From assembly GCA_951406725.2 (NCBI GenBank), contig OX597840.1, forward strand, positions 24,552,001 to 24,616,000: a stretch of 64,000 nucleotides of DNA, given 5' to 3'. Numbering within the stretch: the stretch's first letter is position 1; each line of letters opens with the position of its first letter. The position numbers and the translations under genes are program-made. Origin of the DNA: Octopus vulgaris (lineage: Eukaryota). Of this stretch, positions 10,980 to 22,920 are shown one piece after another. A model generated the notes under the pieces. It was not told the origin of the DNA, searched no databases, and was given only the letters and a program-made list of their open reading frames with translations.

Positions 10980-12397
10980 GTATGTATGTATGAATATATA
11001 TATATAGTTGCCCTACGTCCCCTGTAAAGGTAACAGCGTCACCCTTTTGCAATACCCTTAAAACCAAGCACTTTTCAGCACCAGCCCCGCCACCCTACGC
11101 ACGAATTCACAAAAGAATTGTGAAAACCAGATCCATAAATACGAAGCACGTGGTTAAAAGAAGAACGAAATGTTTCTCTAATTTCAACCAATCAGATCCA
11201 TCCATTCCCGACACTGCGGACACCGTCGCAACCGTTTCCTCTTCGTAATTTCCCCAACATCAATATTTGCATTTCTTTTTTGATGTGGAAACCGAAGTGA
11301 AGCCCACTTGATCGAACCTACAGTCGAAAGCGTCTGAACCGTGACCACCTTGTCACGTTTTTAGCAGCTCTTTCCAGCAGTTCCCTTACTGGTTTGTATA
11401 TGCTTTTATGTTCTGTTGTTGTTGTTGCTGTTTAACCCCAGGTCGACTCATAGCGGGACTTTTATCGTAGATGTTCCTGCCGTGACTAGGAACGTGTTGA
11501 CACAGAGTGGCACCCCTACGATTTTGCTAATTCGAAGCAAAATAATGAAGAGGGTGCCATGAAATCTAAGGTTACAAAGTTTAAAAAGCCATCGATAAAG
11601 TCAAAGGGACCCAGTTAAAACAAATGGCTTTTTAAATCTAAAAGGGCCCATCATATTAAAAGAAGGTTGAATAATTTTAAAGGAACCTTTGAATTTAAAA
11701 AATTGACAGGTTAAAAAAAAATACAAATTATTTTGCTGTAAACATGGTTCGGGGTTCAGTTCCAGTGCGTGGCACCTTGGGCAAATGTCTTCTACTATAG
11801 CCTTGGGCCGACCAAAGCCTTGTGAGTGGATTTGGTGGACGGAAACTGAAAGAAGCCCGTTGTATATAAATATGTGTGTGTGTCCAGTTACTGCTTGGCA
11901 ACCGGTGTTGTGTTTACATTTCCTTAACATAGCTGTTCAGGAAAAGGCATAGGAGTGGCTGTGTGGTAAGTAGCTTGCTTACCAACCACATGATTCCGGT
12001 TTCAATCCCACCTCGTGACAGCTTGGGCAAGTGTCTTCTAGTATAGCCTCGGTCCGACTAAAGCCTTGTGAGTGGATTTGGTAGATGGAAACTGAAAGAA
12101 GCCCATTGTATATATATATATGTGTGTGTCTGTGATGTTTGTCCCCCAACATCACTTGACAACCGATGCTGGTTCGGCAAAAGAGACCGATAGAATAAGT
12201 ACTAGGCTTACATAGAATAAGCCCTGGGGTAGATATGCTCGAACAAAGGCAGTGCTCCAGCATGGCCACAGTCAAATGACTGAAACAAGTAAAAGAGTAT
12301 CTATAATTTATCTGTACAGAAATGTAGGAAATATTCGCTGTTGCCATTTCTACAGTTTAAATGTATTCTCTATCTTATATTATTTCTGTTGTTTCAG
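10325..12397 (+). other. Inferred intron 1 of ZNF-2
   Basis: GTAAGT donor at 10325, TTTCTGTTGTTTCAG acceptor ending 12397; contains inverted family A SINE pair and family B SINEs (11742-12297). Confidence 0.65.
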
Positions 12398-13025
12398 AAT
12401 AATGGAATAATAGAATTGTTACAACAGAAACATCACCAGAATATATTCATCATCTTTTAAAGACTAACGGAAGGAATTTTTATACAGAATTGATATAACC
12501 TCGTTTAATATGAAGCTGAGGTGAAATATTTCCTCTTGGGTGAGATTTGCTCTCTGTGTTTGCTCTCTGGAACCTGTACGAGATAATCTTGCATTCTAAA
12601 TAAACTTGGATTCAATTTACAAAGGAGATTGCAACGTTTCCAAATTACAGCAGAGATTACAGTTGATGGAAACATAGCTGAAGGAATATTTGTCAGGAAT
12701 GATTTATAACAACTAAACTAGAAGATATATATTTTGGTGAAAGAAGAAAAATTATTGAAGTTTTCATGATGCAGAGAAGATAAATGATTGATTTTTTTTT
12801 CCCCTGAAGAGTTGTCAAATAAGTGATGGAAATTATGTGACTGCAATATCTGTAAAAATATCAGTCTCTCAGAGAAAGCATATTCATACAGAGGAACACC
12901 TTTATCACTGTGATATCTGTAGCAGCTTAAAGACCCGGAAACCTATTCATACAGGAAAGAAATATCCATCAGTGTGATACGTGTGGGCAATCATTCTTGC
13001 AAATCCATCGTTTAACTGTTTACAA

Positions 13026-13730
13026 ATGTATTATACAGGAAAGAAATCATATCAGTGTGATATCTGTGGCAAATCATTCTCTCAAACATCTAGTTTGACT
13101 AATCACAAACGTATTCATACAGGTGAGAAACCATATCAGTGTGATATCTGTGGTGAGTCATTCACTCAAAGCCATCATTTAACTACCCACAAATATGTTC
13201 ATACTGGAGAAAAGCCATATCACTGTGATATTTGTGGTAAATCATTCTCTGTTGGCAGTACTTTAACTAAACACAAACGTATTCATACAGGGGAGAAACC
13301 ATATCATTGTGGTACCTGTGGCCAATCGTTCTCTCAAAATCATAACTTAATGACTCACAAACGTATTCATACAGGTGAGAAACCATATCAGTGTGATATC
13401 TGTGGTAAATCATTCTCTCACACTAGTGATGTAACTAAACATAAACGTATTCACACAGGAGAGAAACCATATCAGTGTGATATCTGCGGAGAATCATTCA
13501 CTCAGAATCAAAATCTAACGAGTCACAATCGTATTCATACAGGGGAGAAACCATATCACTGTGAAATCTGTGGCAGATCATTTTCTCAGAATCATCACTT
13601 ATCTAATCACAAACGTATTCATACAGGAGACAAACCATTTCACTGTGAAATCTGTGGCAGATCATTCGCTCAGAATCATCACTTATCTAAACACAAATGC
13701 GTTCTTATGGAGGAAAAAGAAAGTCAATAG
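13026..13730 (+). CDS. ZNF-2: C2H2 zinc-finger protein, 8 fingers (last lacks the second His)
   Basis: ORF track starts at GTG 12981; first in-frame ATG is 13026 (MYYTGKKSY, same as ZNF-1). AATAAA at 14303-14308. Confidence 0.85.
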   Translation: MYYTGKKSYQCDICGKSFSQTSSLTNHKRIHTGEKPYQCDICGESFTQSHHLTTHKYVHTGEKPYHCDICGKSFSVGSTLTKHKRIHTGEKPYHCGTCGQSFSQNHNLMTHKRIHTGEKPYQCDICGKSFSHTSDVTKHKRIHTGEKPYQCDICGESFTQNQNLTSHNRIHTGEKPYHCEICGRSFSQNHHLSNHKRIHTGDKPFHCEICGRSFAQNHHLSKHKCVLMEEKESQ

Positions 13731-14679
13731 TTTCTTCCTTGCTTCACTAATTGTGCACATGAAAAAATATTTCTGAAAGCCATGGGTGCTGTAGTGTTGT
13801 TTTGTCCTTTATTTTATAAACATGTCCATGGCTAGTTGGGGTATGGACTTAAAAAAAGTGACCAAAGTTGCCAGTCAGCAATCCATTACTGCCTTTCATC
13901 CAGGTCAAATTAAGGGAAAGATCTGTAGTGTATAGGATCTATTCTTCTATCTCAAGGTACATCTTCATGTTGTACCACAGTAACATGTTCAAGTTGGCAT
14001 CTGTTTCATTAATGTAGGCAACAAGGGACCAAGAACAGATCCCTGTTGCAGATTTAATGTCATTGCATGAGGTGCAGAATGTTGTCCTTGTACCATGACC
14101 CCTTCTTTTCAACCAAGTCCCTCAAAAATCATTATTTAACTGGACACAAATGTATACACACAGAAGAGGAACCTTTTATTATAAATGAAGTGTGTAATAT
14201 TCTGTGTGAATTGCCACAATTGTTTGTCATCACCTTTGTAAGGGCCAAAATCTTGAATGGTAACCTCATCAACCTTTGTGAATATTTATAATGTGAAATC
14301 TAAATAAAGCTGTTTTACTCTTTAAGTATTCTTCTGTCATTTTGTATGTCCAACATCTAAAACCAAGACTTGTATTGACCCAATCACAAACTAGACAATT
14401 CACAGACCCAATGAGTATGAGATAAAAGGTTAACTCCACCATGCTTAGCTTTATAAGCTGTTCATTTCCATGTTCCAGCCCTTCTCAGCCCTCTTTTATC
14501 CATCCATCATAGTCTTATAGGCCATTACAGAGGAGTTTAAAACAGGTTGTCCCCAGGAACTGCCACATGCTGATCTAGTTCTCATAGCTGAATTTATAGG
14601 GGAATTAGACACTAAACTCTACTTGTGAAGACCTGTTGGGGCAAGTGATATCGGAATTGAAATTGAACTAATCCTATGA

Positions 14680-15148
14680 CTGGCACCCGGCAGTTGCCAG
14701 GGCTGCTGGACTGACTCCTGTGCAGGTGGCAAGTGAAAAAACACCATTTCGACCCTGTGCTTGAGGAGATCCATTGAGTAAAGTACACCAACATCCAAAA
14801 TTAATGGAAACTGCAGTTATGATCCCTGTGCCGGTGGTACCTAAAAAGCACCACTTGAACGTGGCCGATGCCAGTGCCGCCTCGACTGTCTTCTGTGCCG
14901 GTGGCACGTAAAATGCACCAATCCGATCGTGGCCATTGCCAGCCTCACCTGGCACCTGTGCTGGTGGCACGTAAAAAGCACCCACTACACTCACGGAGTG
15001 GTTGGCGTTAGGAAGGGCATCCAGCTGTAGAAACATTGCCAGATAAGACTGGAGCCTGGTGCAGCCTTCTGGATTCCCAGATCCCCGGTCGAATCGTCCA
15101 ACCCATGCTAGCATGGAAAGCGGAAGTTAAACGATGATGATGATGATG
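14680..15148 (+). mobile_element. Non-autonomous RTE-tailed element with internal ~58 bp minisatellite units (family C)
   Basis: GGTGGCACGTAAAAAGCACC units and 3' end CCCATGCTAGCATGGAAA..GTTAAACGATGATGATG; recurs at 17590, 20110, 51070. Confidence 0.75.
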
Positions 15149-15452
15149 AATTGGAGAAGCAATTCTAGGCATTTATAAAAAAACTAGCAGTAATACCCGT
15201 CGTTGAGTGGGTAATTACTTATACTCTTTCTTGTGAGCCACATTCAAAGTATTATTATATACACAATTTACTCTTTCTGTATGTGTATATTTTTATAAGA
15301 GAGAAATATATAACAATTAAAGTAGAAAAAAGATCAATTTCATACAAGAACTTCCTGTTGTATGTGAGTATTTTATAAAAGAAAAATATATAATAATTGA
15401 AATATTAAAATTTCTAAGTCTCTCTAAAGGAGACTACGGCAGCTGGTACTGG

Positions 15453-15657
15453 ATATTAATAGTTATCGCCAAGCTAATATGGTAGTCCATAAATATAAGA
15501 CTAAAGCTGCCGTTGATTAGTTCCAAGGGGAAGCGGCTGACCTCCCCTGTTCGAAGGTTATAATGGACACAGGTTGGTGTGTCATGTAGCTAGCTAGAGG
15601 CAGCTTTCGTCCTATATTTCTGGATTGCCATATTAGCTTGGCGATAACTATTAATAT
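15453..15657. mobile_element. MITE-like inverted repeat, ~59 bp arms
   Basis: ATATTAATAGTTATCGCCAAGCTAATATGG..AAAGCTGCC / GGCAGCTTT..CCATATTAGCTTGGCGATAACTATTAATAT. Confidence 0.7.
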
Positions 15658-15770
15658 ATAATAATTGAAATAAGAAAAAGATGGAGTTTCATTCTTGAAT
15701 GTAATGATAGTAATGGCAGATTAAGTTGTTGATGTATTCATGTTGCATTAAGAGTGAATTTAAAATTCTT

Positions 15771-16410
15771 TAGTGTACTCGGTGCCAACCCTCATCTTAC
15801 AGCGTCCCTGTACATGGCTTGCATGGCTCTCACTAACCATTCATCTATCCCTAGTTTCCTCATTGACCACCAGATAGGGGATTGGGGGACCCTGTCGAAG
15901 GCTTTCTCCATGTCAACAAAAGCCAGGTACAGGGGCTTATCTTTGGCCAGCTATTTCTCCTGCAGCTGTCTTACCAGGAATATAGCATCAGTGGTGCTTT
16001 TCCCTGGTACGAACCCAAACCGCATCTCATCTAGACTGACCCTCTCCCTAATTAGTTGGGCTATGACCCTCATAACCTGATGTAACAACTTGATACCTCT
16101 GTAATTATTTCTATCTAAAGGGTCACCTTTTATTTTGTAGCAGTTGACTGCTACACCAGTCGTTGGGTATGACTCCTTCGTGTATCACCTGGTTAACTAT
16201 ATGGGTGACTAAGCTATAGCCGACACTGCCAGATATTTTGAGCATCTCTGCAGTAATACCTGATGGGCCTGGGGCTTTCCCTGTTTTCATGCTTGTAATT
16301 GCCTTAACTACTAAGGAACTGTCAACTCGGATTGCTGGTCCCTCTGTTGGGTCGACATTCGGCAGACCCTCTTTATCCCATTCATTTTCTTTATTCAGCA
16401 ACCTTTCATA
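15771..16410 (-). mobile_element. RTE-clade LINE fragment, N-terminal RT region
   Basis: KAITSMKTGKAPGPSGITAEMLK, GVIPNDW, then MRFGFVPGKSTTDAIF and AFVDMEKAFDRVP motifs with frameshifts. Confidence 0.85.
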
Positions 16411-16776
16411 GTTGGATGGATGGAAGCACTCCGTCGGTTACGACGAGGGTTCCGGTTGATCCAATCAACAGAACAGCCTGCTCGTGAAATTAACGTGTAA
16501 GTGGCTGAGCACTCCACAGACACGTGTACCCTTAACGCAGTTCTCGGGGATATTCAGCGTGACAAGGCCGGCCCCTTTGAAATACAGGCACAACAGCAAC
16601 AGGAAGTAAGAGTGAGAGAAAGTTGTGGTGAAAGAGTACAGCAGGGATCACCACCATCCCCTGCCGGAGCCTCGTGGAGCTTTTAGGTGTTTTTGCTCAA
16701 TAAACACTCACAACGCCCGGTCTGGGAATCGAAACCGCGAGTTCACTGCCCTAACCACTGGGCCATTGCGCCTCCA
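16410..16776 (-). mobile_element. tRNA-derived SINE (family D)
   Basis: Minus-strand head TGGAGGCGCAATGGCCCAGTGGTTAGGG..GGTTTCGATTCCC with A/B-box-like motifs followed by a non-tRNA body. Confidence 0.65.
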
Positions 16777-16931
16777 CACACGGACATTAACGAGATGAAT
16801 GATAATGATACAAAGATGATAAGGATGGGAGAAGACAGAAAGCGCCCCCCGACCCTCTGCTTCTCTATAACATTTTTCTTTCACAACCATACACTTGAGG
16901 TATTAAACCTCTTACGATTTTTCAATATTTA

Positions 16932-17288
16932 GTAAGCAGCTTGCTTACCAACCGCATGGTTCTGGGTTCAGTCCCACTGCGTGGCACCTTGGGCAAGTGT
17001 CTTCTACTATAGCCTCGAGCCGACCAAAGCCTTGTCAGTGGATTTGGTAGATGGAAACTGAAAGAAGCCCGTCGTATATATGTATGGGTGTCTGTGTTTG
17101 TCCCCCCAACATCGCTTGATGACCGATGGTGGTGTGTTCACATCCCAGTAACTTAGCGGTTCGGCAAAAGCGACCGATAGAATAAGTACTAGGCTTACAA
17201 AGAATAAGTCCCGGGGTCGATTTGCTCGACTAAATGTGGTGCTCCAGCATGGCCGCAGTCAAATGACTGAAACAAGTAAAAGAGTAAA
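16932..17288 (+). mobile_element. SINE family B, near full length
   Basis: Co-linear with 46802-47158. Confidence 0.8.
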
Positions 17289-17589
17289 AATAAACAAAGT
17301 CTTATTGTTAATTTTGTTTCATTTTGGAAAATGAAAATTTATTTCATGGTTTATTATTGTTTACATTTTGAACTATTTATGTATTCTTGAAGGTACCAAA
17401 ACCTTTTAAGTGCTTAGGGTCTCTATGGGCCTCAATCCAGCCTTGCTGATATACTTCCCTTCTGTATGAATACAATTGTGTTGACTAAGTTTACCTTTTC
17501 TGTTTGAATGCATTAGAGTTGCAACAACTGAGCACTTGGAGAGAATGATTAACCAACAATATCTTAGGGTATGGTTTTATCTTTCACAT

Positions 17590-18200
17590 CAATGAAACTA
17601 CAATAGAAATTGTAGTTGTGATCCCTGTGCCGGTAGCACATAAAAAGCACCATCCGAACGTGGCCGATGCCAGCACCGCCTAGACTGGCTTCCGTGCCAG
17701 TGGCACATAAAAAGCACCATCCGAATGTGGCCATTGCCAGTGCCGCCTTCACTGGCTTCCGTGCCTGTGGCACATAAAAAGCACCATCCGAATGTGGCCA
17801 TTGCCAGTGCCGCCTTGACTGGCTTCTGTGCCGGTGGCACGTAAAAAGCACCAATCCAATCGTGACCATTGCCAGCCTCGCCTGGCACCTGAGCAGGTGG
17901 CATGTAAAAAGCACCCACTACACTCATGGATTGGTTGGCGTTAGGAAGGGCATCCAGCTGTAGAAACACTGCTAGATCAGACTGGAGCCTGGTGCAGCCT
18001 CCTGGCTTCCCAGACCCCAGTCAAACTGTCCAACCCATGCTAGCATGGAAAACGGACGTTAAACAATGATGATGATGATGATGATATGATGCCAGATCAA
18101 GATTGAAGCCCGGTGCAGCCATCTGGTTCGCCAGCCCTCAGTCAAATCGTCCAACCCATGCTAGCATGGAAAACGGACCTTAAACGATGATGATGATGAT
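17590..18200 (+). mobile_element. Family C element with 4-5 minisatellite units and two tandem (GAT)n tails
   Basis: Repeated TGTGCCGGTGGCACATAAAAAGCACCATCCGAATGTGGCC units; ends ~10 bp from the ZNF-3 stop codon. Confidence 0.8.
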
Positions 18201-18211
18201 CAGTGTGACAG

Positions 18212-19462
18212 TTAACTCATTGATAATTCATCATTTTGAAAGAACGATTTAGGAGGGACTTCAGATTTCTCTCTTGCATGAATTCGTTTGTGTTTAGTTA
18301 AGCTACTCCCAACAGAGAATGATTTCCCGCAGACGTCGCAATGATACGGCTTCTCTGCCGAATGAACACGTTTATGAACTGTTAAATGATAGTTTCTCGA
18401 GAATGATTTACCGCAAATATCACAATACGGTTTCTCACCCGTGTGTAAGCGTTTGTGGATAGCAAATTCATTATTCCGAGCAAACGATTTCCCACAGGTA
18501 TCACACAGGTAAGGCTTCTCACCTGTATGGATACGCTTGTGAATAGCCAAGCTATCTCGGTTAGACAATGATTTATTACAAATATCACACTGATATGGCT
18601 TCTCACCTGTATGAACACGTTTGTGACTAACCAAGCATCGATTTTCGTAGAACGATTTACCACAGATGTCACAGTGATACGGTTTCTCCCCTGTATGAAG
18701 GCGTTTGTGTCGAGTTAACCTGCTGCCATCAGAGAATGATTTACTACAGATATCACAATAAAACGGTCTCTCACCTGTATGAATACGTTTGTGAGTAATC
18801 AAGCTAGATGCAGCGGAGAATGATTTACCACAGGTGTCACAGTGATAAGGTTTCTCTCCTGAATGAATATGTTTGTGAGTAGTTAAGTTACTTGTAGCGG
18901 AGAATGATTTACCGCAGATATCACAGTGGTACGGTTTTTCTCCTGTATGTGTGCGTTTATGTTTCGTGACGGTGCTCCCTGTCGAGAATGCCTTACCACA
19001 GATATCACAATGATATGGTTTCTCCCCAGTATGAATGCGTACGTGGGTAGTTAGATCCCTATTTTGAGTGAATGATTTACCACAAGTGTCACAATGATAT
19101 GGCTTCTCTCCCGTATGAATATATTTGTGTATGTTCAACTTATCTCTTCGAGAGAAGGATTGCCCACAGATATCACAGTGATATGGTTTCTCACCTGTAT
19201 GAATTCGTACGTGTTTAATTAAACTACCTCCAAGGGAGAACGATTTTCCACAGATGTCACAGTGATATGGTTTCTCCCCTGTATGAATGCGTTTGTGACT
19301 GACTAAATCTGAATTTTGATAGAAAGATTTTCCACAGGTATCGCAGTGATGTTGTTTCTCACCTCTCTGAATGCGTTTGTGTTGGTTGAGTTTACCTTCA
19401 TTTGAAAATGATGTTTTGCTGGTGTCACAGTCATGTAACGATTTTCCTAATTCTTCCGACAT
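18212..19462 (-). CDS. ZNF-3: C2H2 zinc-finger protein, 13 intact + 1 degenerate finger
   Basis: 416-aa ORF starting MSEELGKS; inferred intron 19879-22512 (CTATTCTTTCAG acceptor, GTAAGT donor). Most diverged paralog in its coding sequence. Confidence 0.9.
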   Translation of the reverse strand: MSEELGKSLHDCDTSKTSFSNEGKLNQHKRIQRGEKQHHCDTCGKSFYQNSDLVSHKRIHTGEKPYHCDICGKSFSLGGSLIKHVRIHTGEKPYHCDICGQSFSRRDKLNIHKYIHTGEKPYHCDTCGKSFTQNRDLTTHVRIHTGEKPYHCDICGKAFSTGSTVTKHKRTHTGEKPYHCDICGKSFSATSNLTTHKHIHSGEKPYHCDTCGKSFSAASSLITHKRIHTGERPFYCDICSKSFSDGSRLTRHKRLHTGEKPYHCDICGKSFYENRCLVSHKRVHTGEKPYQCDICNKSLSNRDSLAIHKRIHTGEKPYLCDTCGKSFARNNEFAIHKRLHTGEKPYCDICGKSFSRNYHLTVHKRVHSAEKPYHCDVCGKSFSVGSSLTKHKRIHAREKSEVPPKSFFQNDELSMS

Positions 19463-20109
19463 CTCTGCAGGAAAAATAAAATCAATCCGTCAATAACTTT
19501 TCAAAAATGTCTCTCCTCTCACCAAAATTTATGGATATTTTTCTTCTTTTTGCTTTAATAGTTAATTCCAAACAAATATCACTTCTCTTATATTTCTTGT
19601 AAATGTGATCAATGCCAATATATAAAAATGTTGCAAATACTCTTTGTAAATCTATCAAAGTATATTTAAAAGAGAAAATTATCTCTTGCACATTTCAGAC
19701 ACAGAAGTAAAGAAATGCTTTCTCTCTCAGAGGAAATATTTTACTGTAATTCAGCAATGTTTTATAGAAGCAGGATTATATGTTTGTAGAATATCTTTGC
19801 AGAGTCTTTCAAACATGATACATATTGATGATTCTTTAAAAGTAAAAAATACTTTTTAGCCAATTTCATGTGATTTTTCTGAAAGAATAGAAAAAATAAT
19901 ATAAGACATAGAATAGGTTTAAAAGGTAGATATTCAAAAGTGCGAATTTATGCCATTTCTATTTTGATAAATTGCTGAAGTAAACCTTTAACTGAACTTT
20001 TTAAAAGTATCCAATTGGGACAAGTCGATTACGTCAACACCAGTGGTTTTCTGTCACCTTAATTTATCGACCCATAACAGATGAAAGACAAAATTAATCT
20101 CGGCAAGAT

Positions 20110-20712
20110 TCGACCCTGTGCTTGAGGAGACCTATTGAGTCAAGTACATCAACATCAAAAATCAATGGAAATTGTAGTTGTGATCCCTGTGCCAGTGGCA
20201 TCTAAAAGGCACCATCCAAACATGGCCGATGCCAGCACTGCCTCAACTGGCTTCTGTACTGGTGGCACGTAAAAAGCACCAATCCGATTGTGGCTGTTGC
20301 CAGCCTTGCCTGGCACCTGTGACGGTGGCACGTAAATAGCACGCACTACACTCACGGAGTGGTTGGTGTTAGGAAGGGAATCCAGCTGTAGAAACACTGG
20401 AATTTGTAGTTGTGATGCCAGTGCCGGTGGCACGTAGGAGAACCATCCGAATGTGGCGTAGCCAGCGCTGCCTCGACTGGCCTCCGTGTCGGTGGCACGT
20501 AACAAACACCATCCGATCGTGGCCGTTGCCAGCCTCGCCTGGCACCCACTACACTTATGGAGTGGTTGGTGTTAGGAAGGACATCCAGCCATAGAAACAC
20601 TGCCAGATCAGACTGGAGCCTGGTGCAGCCTTCTGGCTTCCCAGAGCCCAGTTGAACTGTCCAACCCATACTAGCATGGGAAACGGACATTAAACGATGA
20701 AGAGGATGATGA
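20110..20712 (+). mobile_element. Family C elements (two joined partial copies) in ZNF-3 intron
   Basis: Same head CGACCCTGTGCTTGAGGAGA as 14750, minisatellite units and (GAT)n tail. Confidence 0.75.
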
Positions 20713-20955
20713 TTTCGACTCAGGATGTAAGAATCGAAAGCAATGCCCCCGCTAAGCAATTTTCCAAACGGGCTAACATTTCTACAAGGTCACAACCTTG
20801 AGTGAAGAACTAATATTCATGTCTGGTGAGGAAAACCAAAATCTTTCGCTGTAAATTACAGATGTTCCAAACAAAATACGCGTCATTGTCGATAAGATGT
20901 TTATCCAAGACTTGGGACAAATAGTGGCGATCGATGACCAAACCTAGGGGAAGCG

Positions 20956-21626
20956 GGTACTACTTGAGAACAATGGTCCCGGTGCGTGCACTCGCGTTAG
21001 CTAGTCGATCCTACAACGACTACTTAGTAAAGTAAATAAAATACAAAATAAATAATTTTGGCAATCTTTCGTCTCTAGTAGACCTTTCCGTCGATTTCCG
21101 TAAAAAAAATTTTTTTTTTTTTACATATGGGCTTGCGGGAACTTTTGAAGTAATGAGAGCGAAAGAGACTAAGAGAAAGCGATTGTATGACGAGGGAAGT
21201 TCTTTTGAAGTTACCGTGCATGGGAAGCATTGATGTACATGTGTGTGTGTGTGTTTGATGGGGTGTGGGAGTCGGACAGTATGTTGTGTAAGTGAAGTGT
21301 TTCTGTTAGTGTGTGTGAAGAGACAGAGTAATGTGTGAAAGAAAGAGATAACTGAAATTTTTTACTCGGTGTATGTGTATATGTATGTATATTACTTCAA
21401 AAGTTCCCGCAAGCCCATATGTAAAAAAAATAAATTTTTTTACGGAAATCGACGGAAAGGTCTACTAGAGACGAAAGATCGCCATAATTTTTTTACACAA
21501 AGTAAATAATTTTTGTTAAACAAAGTAAATAAAACACAAAGTAAAGATCGACTAGTCATGACTAGCTAGCGCGGATGCACAAGTACGCGAGTGCGCGCAC
21601 CGGGACCACTTTTCTCAAGTAGTACC
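20956..21626. mobile_element. Merlin-type MITE, ~42 bp TIRs (GGTACTAC..), 9 bp TSD GGGGAAGCG
   Basis: GGTACTACTTGAGAACAATGGTCCCGGTGCGTGCACTCGCGT / ACGCGAGTGCGCGCACCGGGACCACTTTTCTCAAGTAGTACC; TSD at 20947-20955 and 21627-21635. Confidence 0.85.
21060..21483. mobile_element. Nested MITE, ~95 bp TIRs (GGC.. termini), 8 bp TSD ATAATTTT
   Basis: GGCAATCTTTCGTCTCTAGTAGACCTTTCCGTCG.. / ..CGACGGAAAGGTCTACTAGAGACGAAAGATCGCC; TSD at 21052-21059 and 21484-21491. Confidence 0.88.
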
Positions 21627-22920
21627 GGGGAAGCGTTTGTTAGCTGAAATCACCCGTAGACGGGTTAATTTCTAAGAAATTAAACCCGTCAGAGTTCAAC
21701 CGGGCAATTTATTATTGCCGACGGGAGCTGGTCCGCCAATCGTCGTAAAGTCGACAACGACCTGCATTGCTTAATGAGGACAATTAAATTAGTGAAGATA
21801 TTTCTCCAAACGTAATTATTTTACCACTTTAATGTTTACCCTTTTAAAATTAGAATATCCGTGTTTTGTCTTTTATTATTTTTAAAAATCATTAAATCTT
21901 ATGAGTGATATTTTTCATCGTTTTGTTTCGAAACGAAAACGAAATATTGTCTAATTCCAAGAGTGGAAAATACATTCATATTAAAAGTAGACGTATTTCG
22001 AAGAGAGGAGAGAGAAAAAGAATAATTAAAGTAATTAATTTAAAATAACATTAAGGAAAAAGATATTAACTACAAGTTGTAATGATGCAGAGGAACCAAC
22101 AGCAATAAATATTTCCAAATTTTCAAATAAATGTTCCATTTCTTCAGCTAGTGCTATTTCCTTTTCGTTTCAGTATTTCAAGTACACGATCGTAGTTTTA
22201 TACATTACCCATTTCTTTCAAATTTCATCGGAATTTTTCAACATTTAATTAAATTATCGAATTTACATGTCAGAGATAAAGAGAAATTTAGTTCGAATAT
22301 GGTATTGATCTGATGTTAAGAATATAGGAAATAACCAAAACTGCAATGGAATGTCTAAAAACAAGAACAATACAATGAAAGTATTAAAATAATATAATTT
22401 CGTCTTTGTTTAGTGAGATTCTTTTAATTTATTGAACACATCGGAAGAAATCGATGCACGTAATATGACACATATACACTAAAAATATCTATATAATAAA
22501 TACAATACTTACATGGTAATATATATACATATATAGAGAGTCAACGAGGAAACTGTGAAGAACTTAAGTCAAGTGGATAATTAATAGCTTCAAGAGAATT
22601 CCTAAGTTTTTTTATAACAAACTTTGATTCATATTTTTCAGGTCAATATATAAAAAAACGAATGTTGTTTCCATATCTTTACACAGTTAATTGTATATTT
22701 AATTGGGTTTCCACTTAATTATCAGTAATAAAGTGGAGGCGATCGAGCAGGACAGACGTGGATGAAGAAACCACAGAATTTGGAGGATTTAGCAATTAAC
22801 TGACTACGGGAGATAACTCTATGAGTCTCAGGCAGCCTGGCATTACTTAATACGGTTTTATACTAGCGAGCACCTGTCGTCAAAAATAGCCGTCGATCTT
22901 TCGATACTAGTAACATAACT

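Larger units (their letters stand above)
9912..14532 (+). repeat. Segmental duplicate of 1-5366 (whole ZNF-1 gene unit)
   Basis: Near-identical upstream region, exon 1, intron, 5'UTR and distal 3'UTR; only the finger array and proximal 3'UTR differ strongly. Confidence 0.92.

Noticed and set aside
17564-17969. Repetitive ORFs (GAFYVPPA.., FTCH..), also at 14674, 20155, 51105
   Set aside because: Translations of the ~58-bp minisatellite in family C repeats; open in several frames with no domain.
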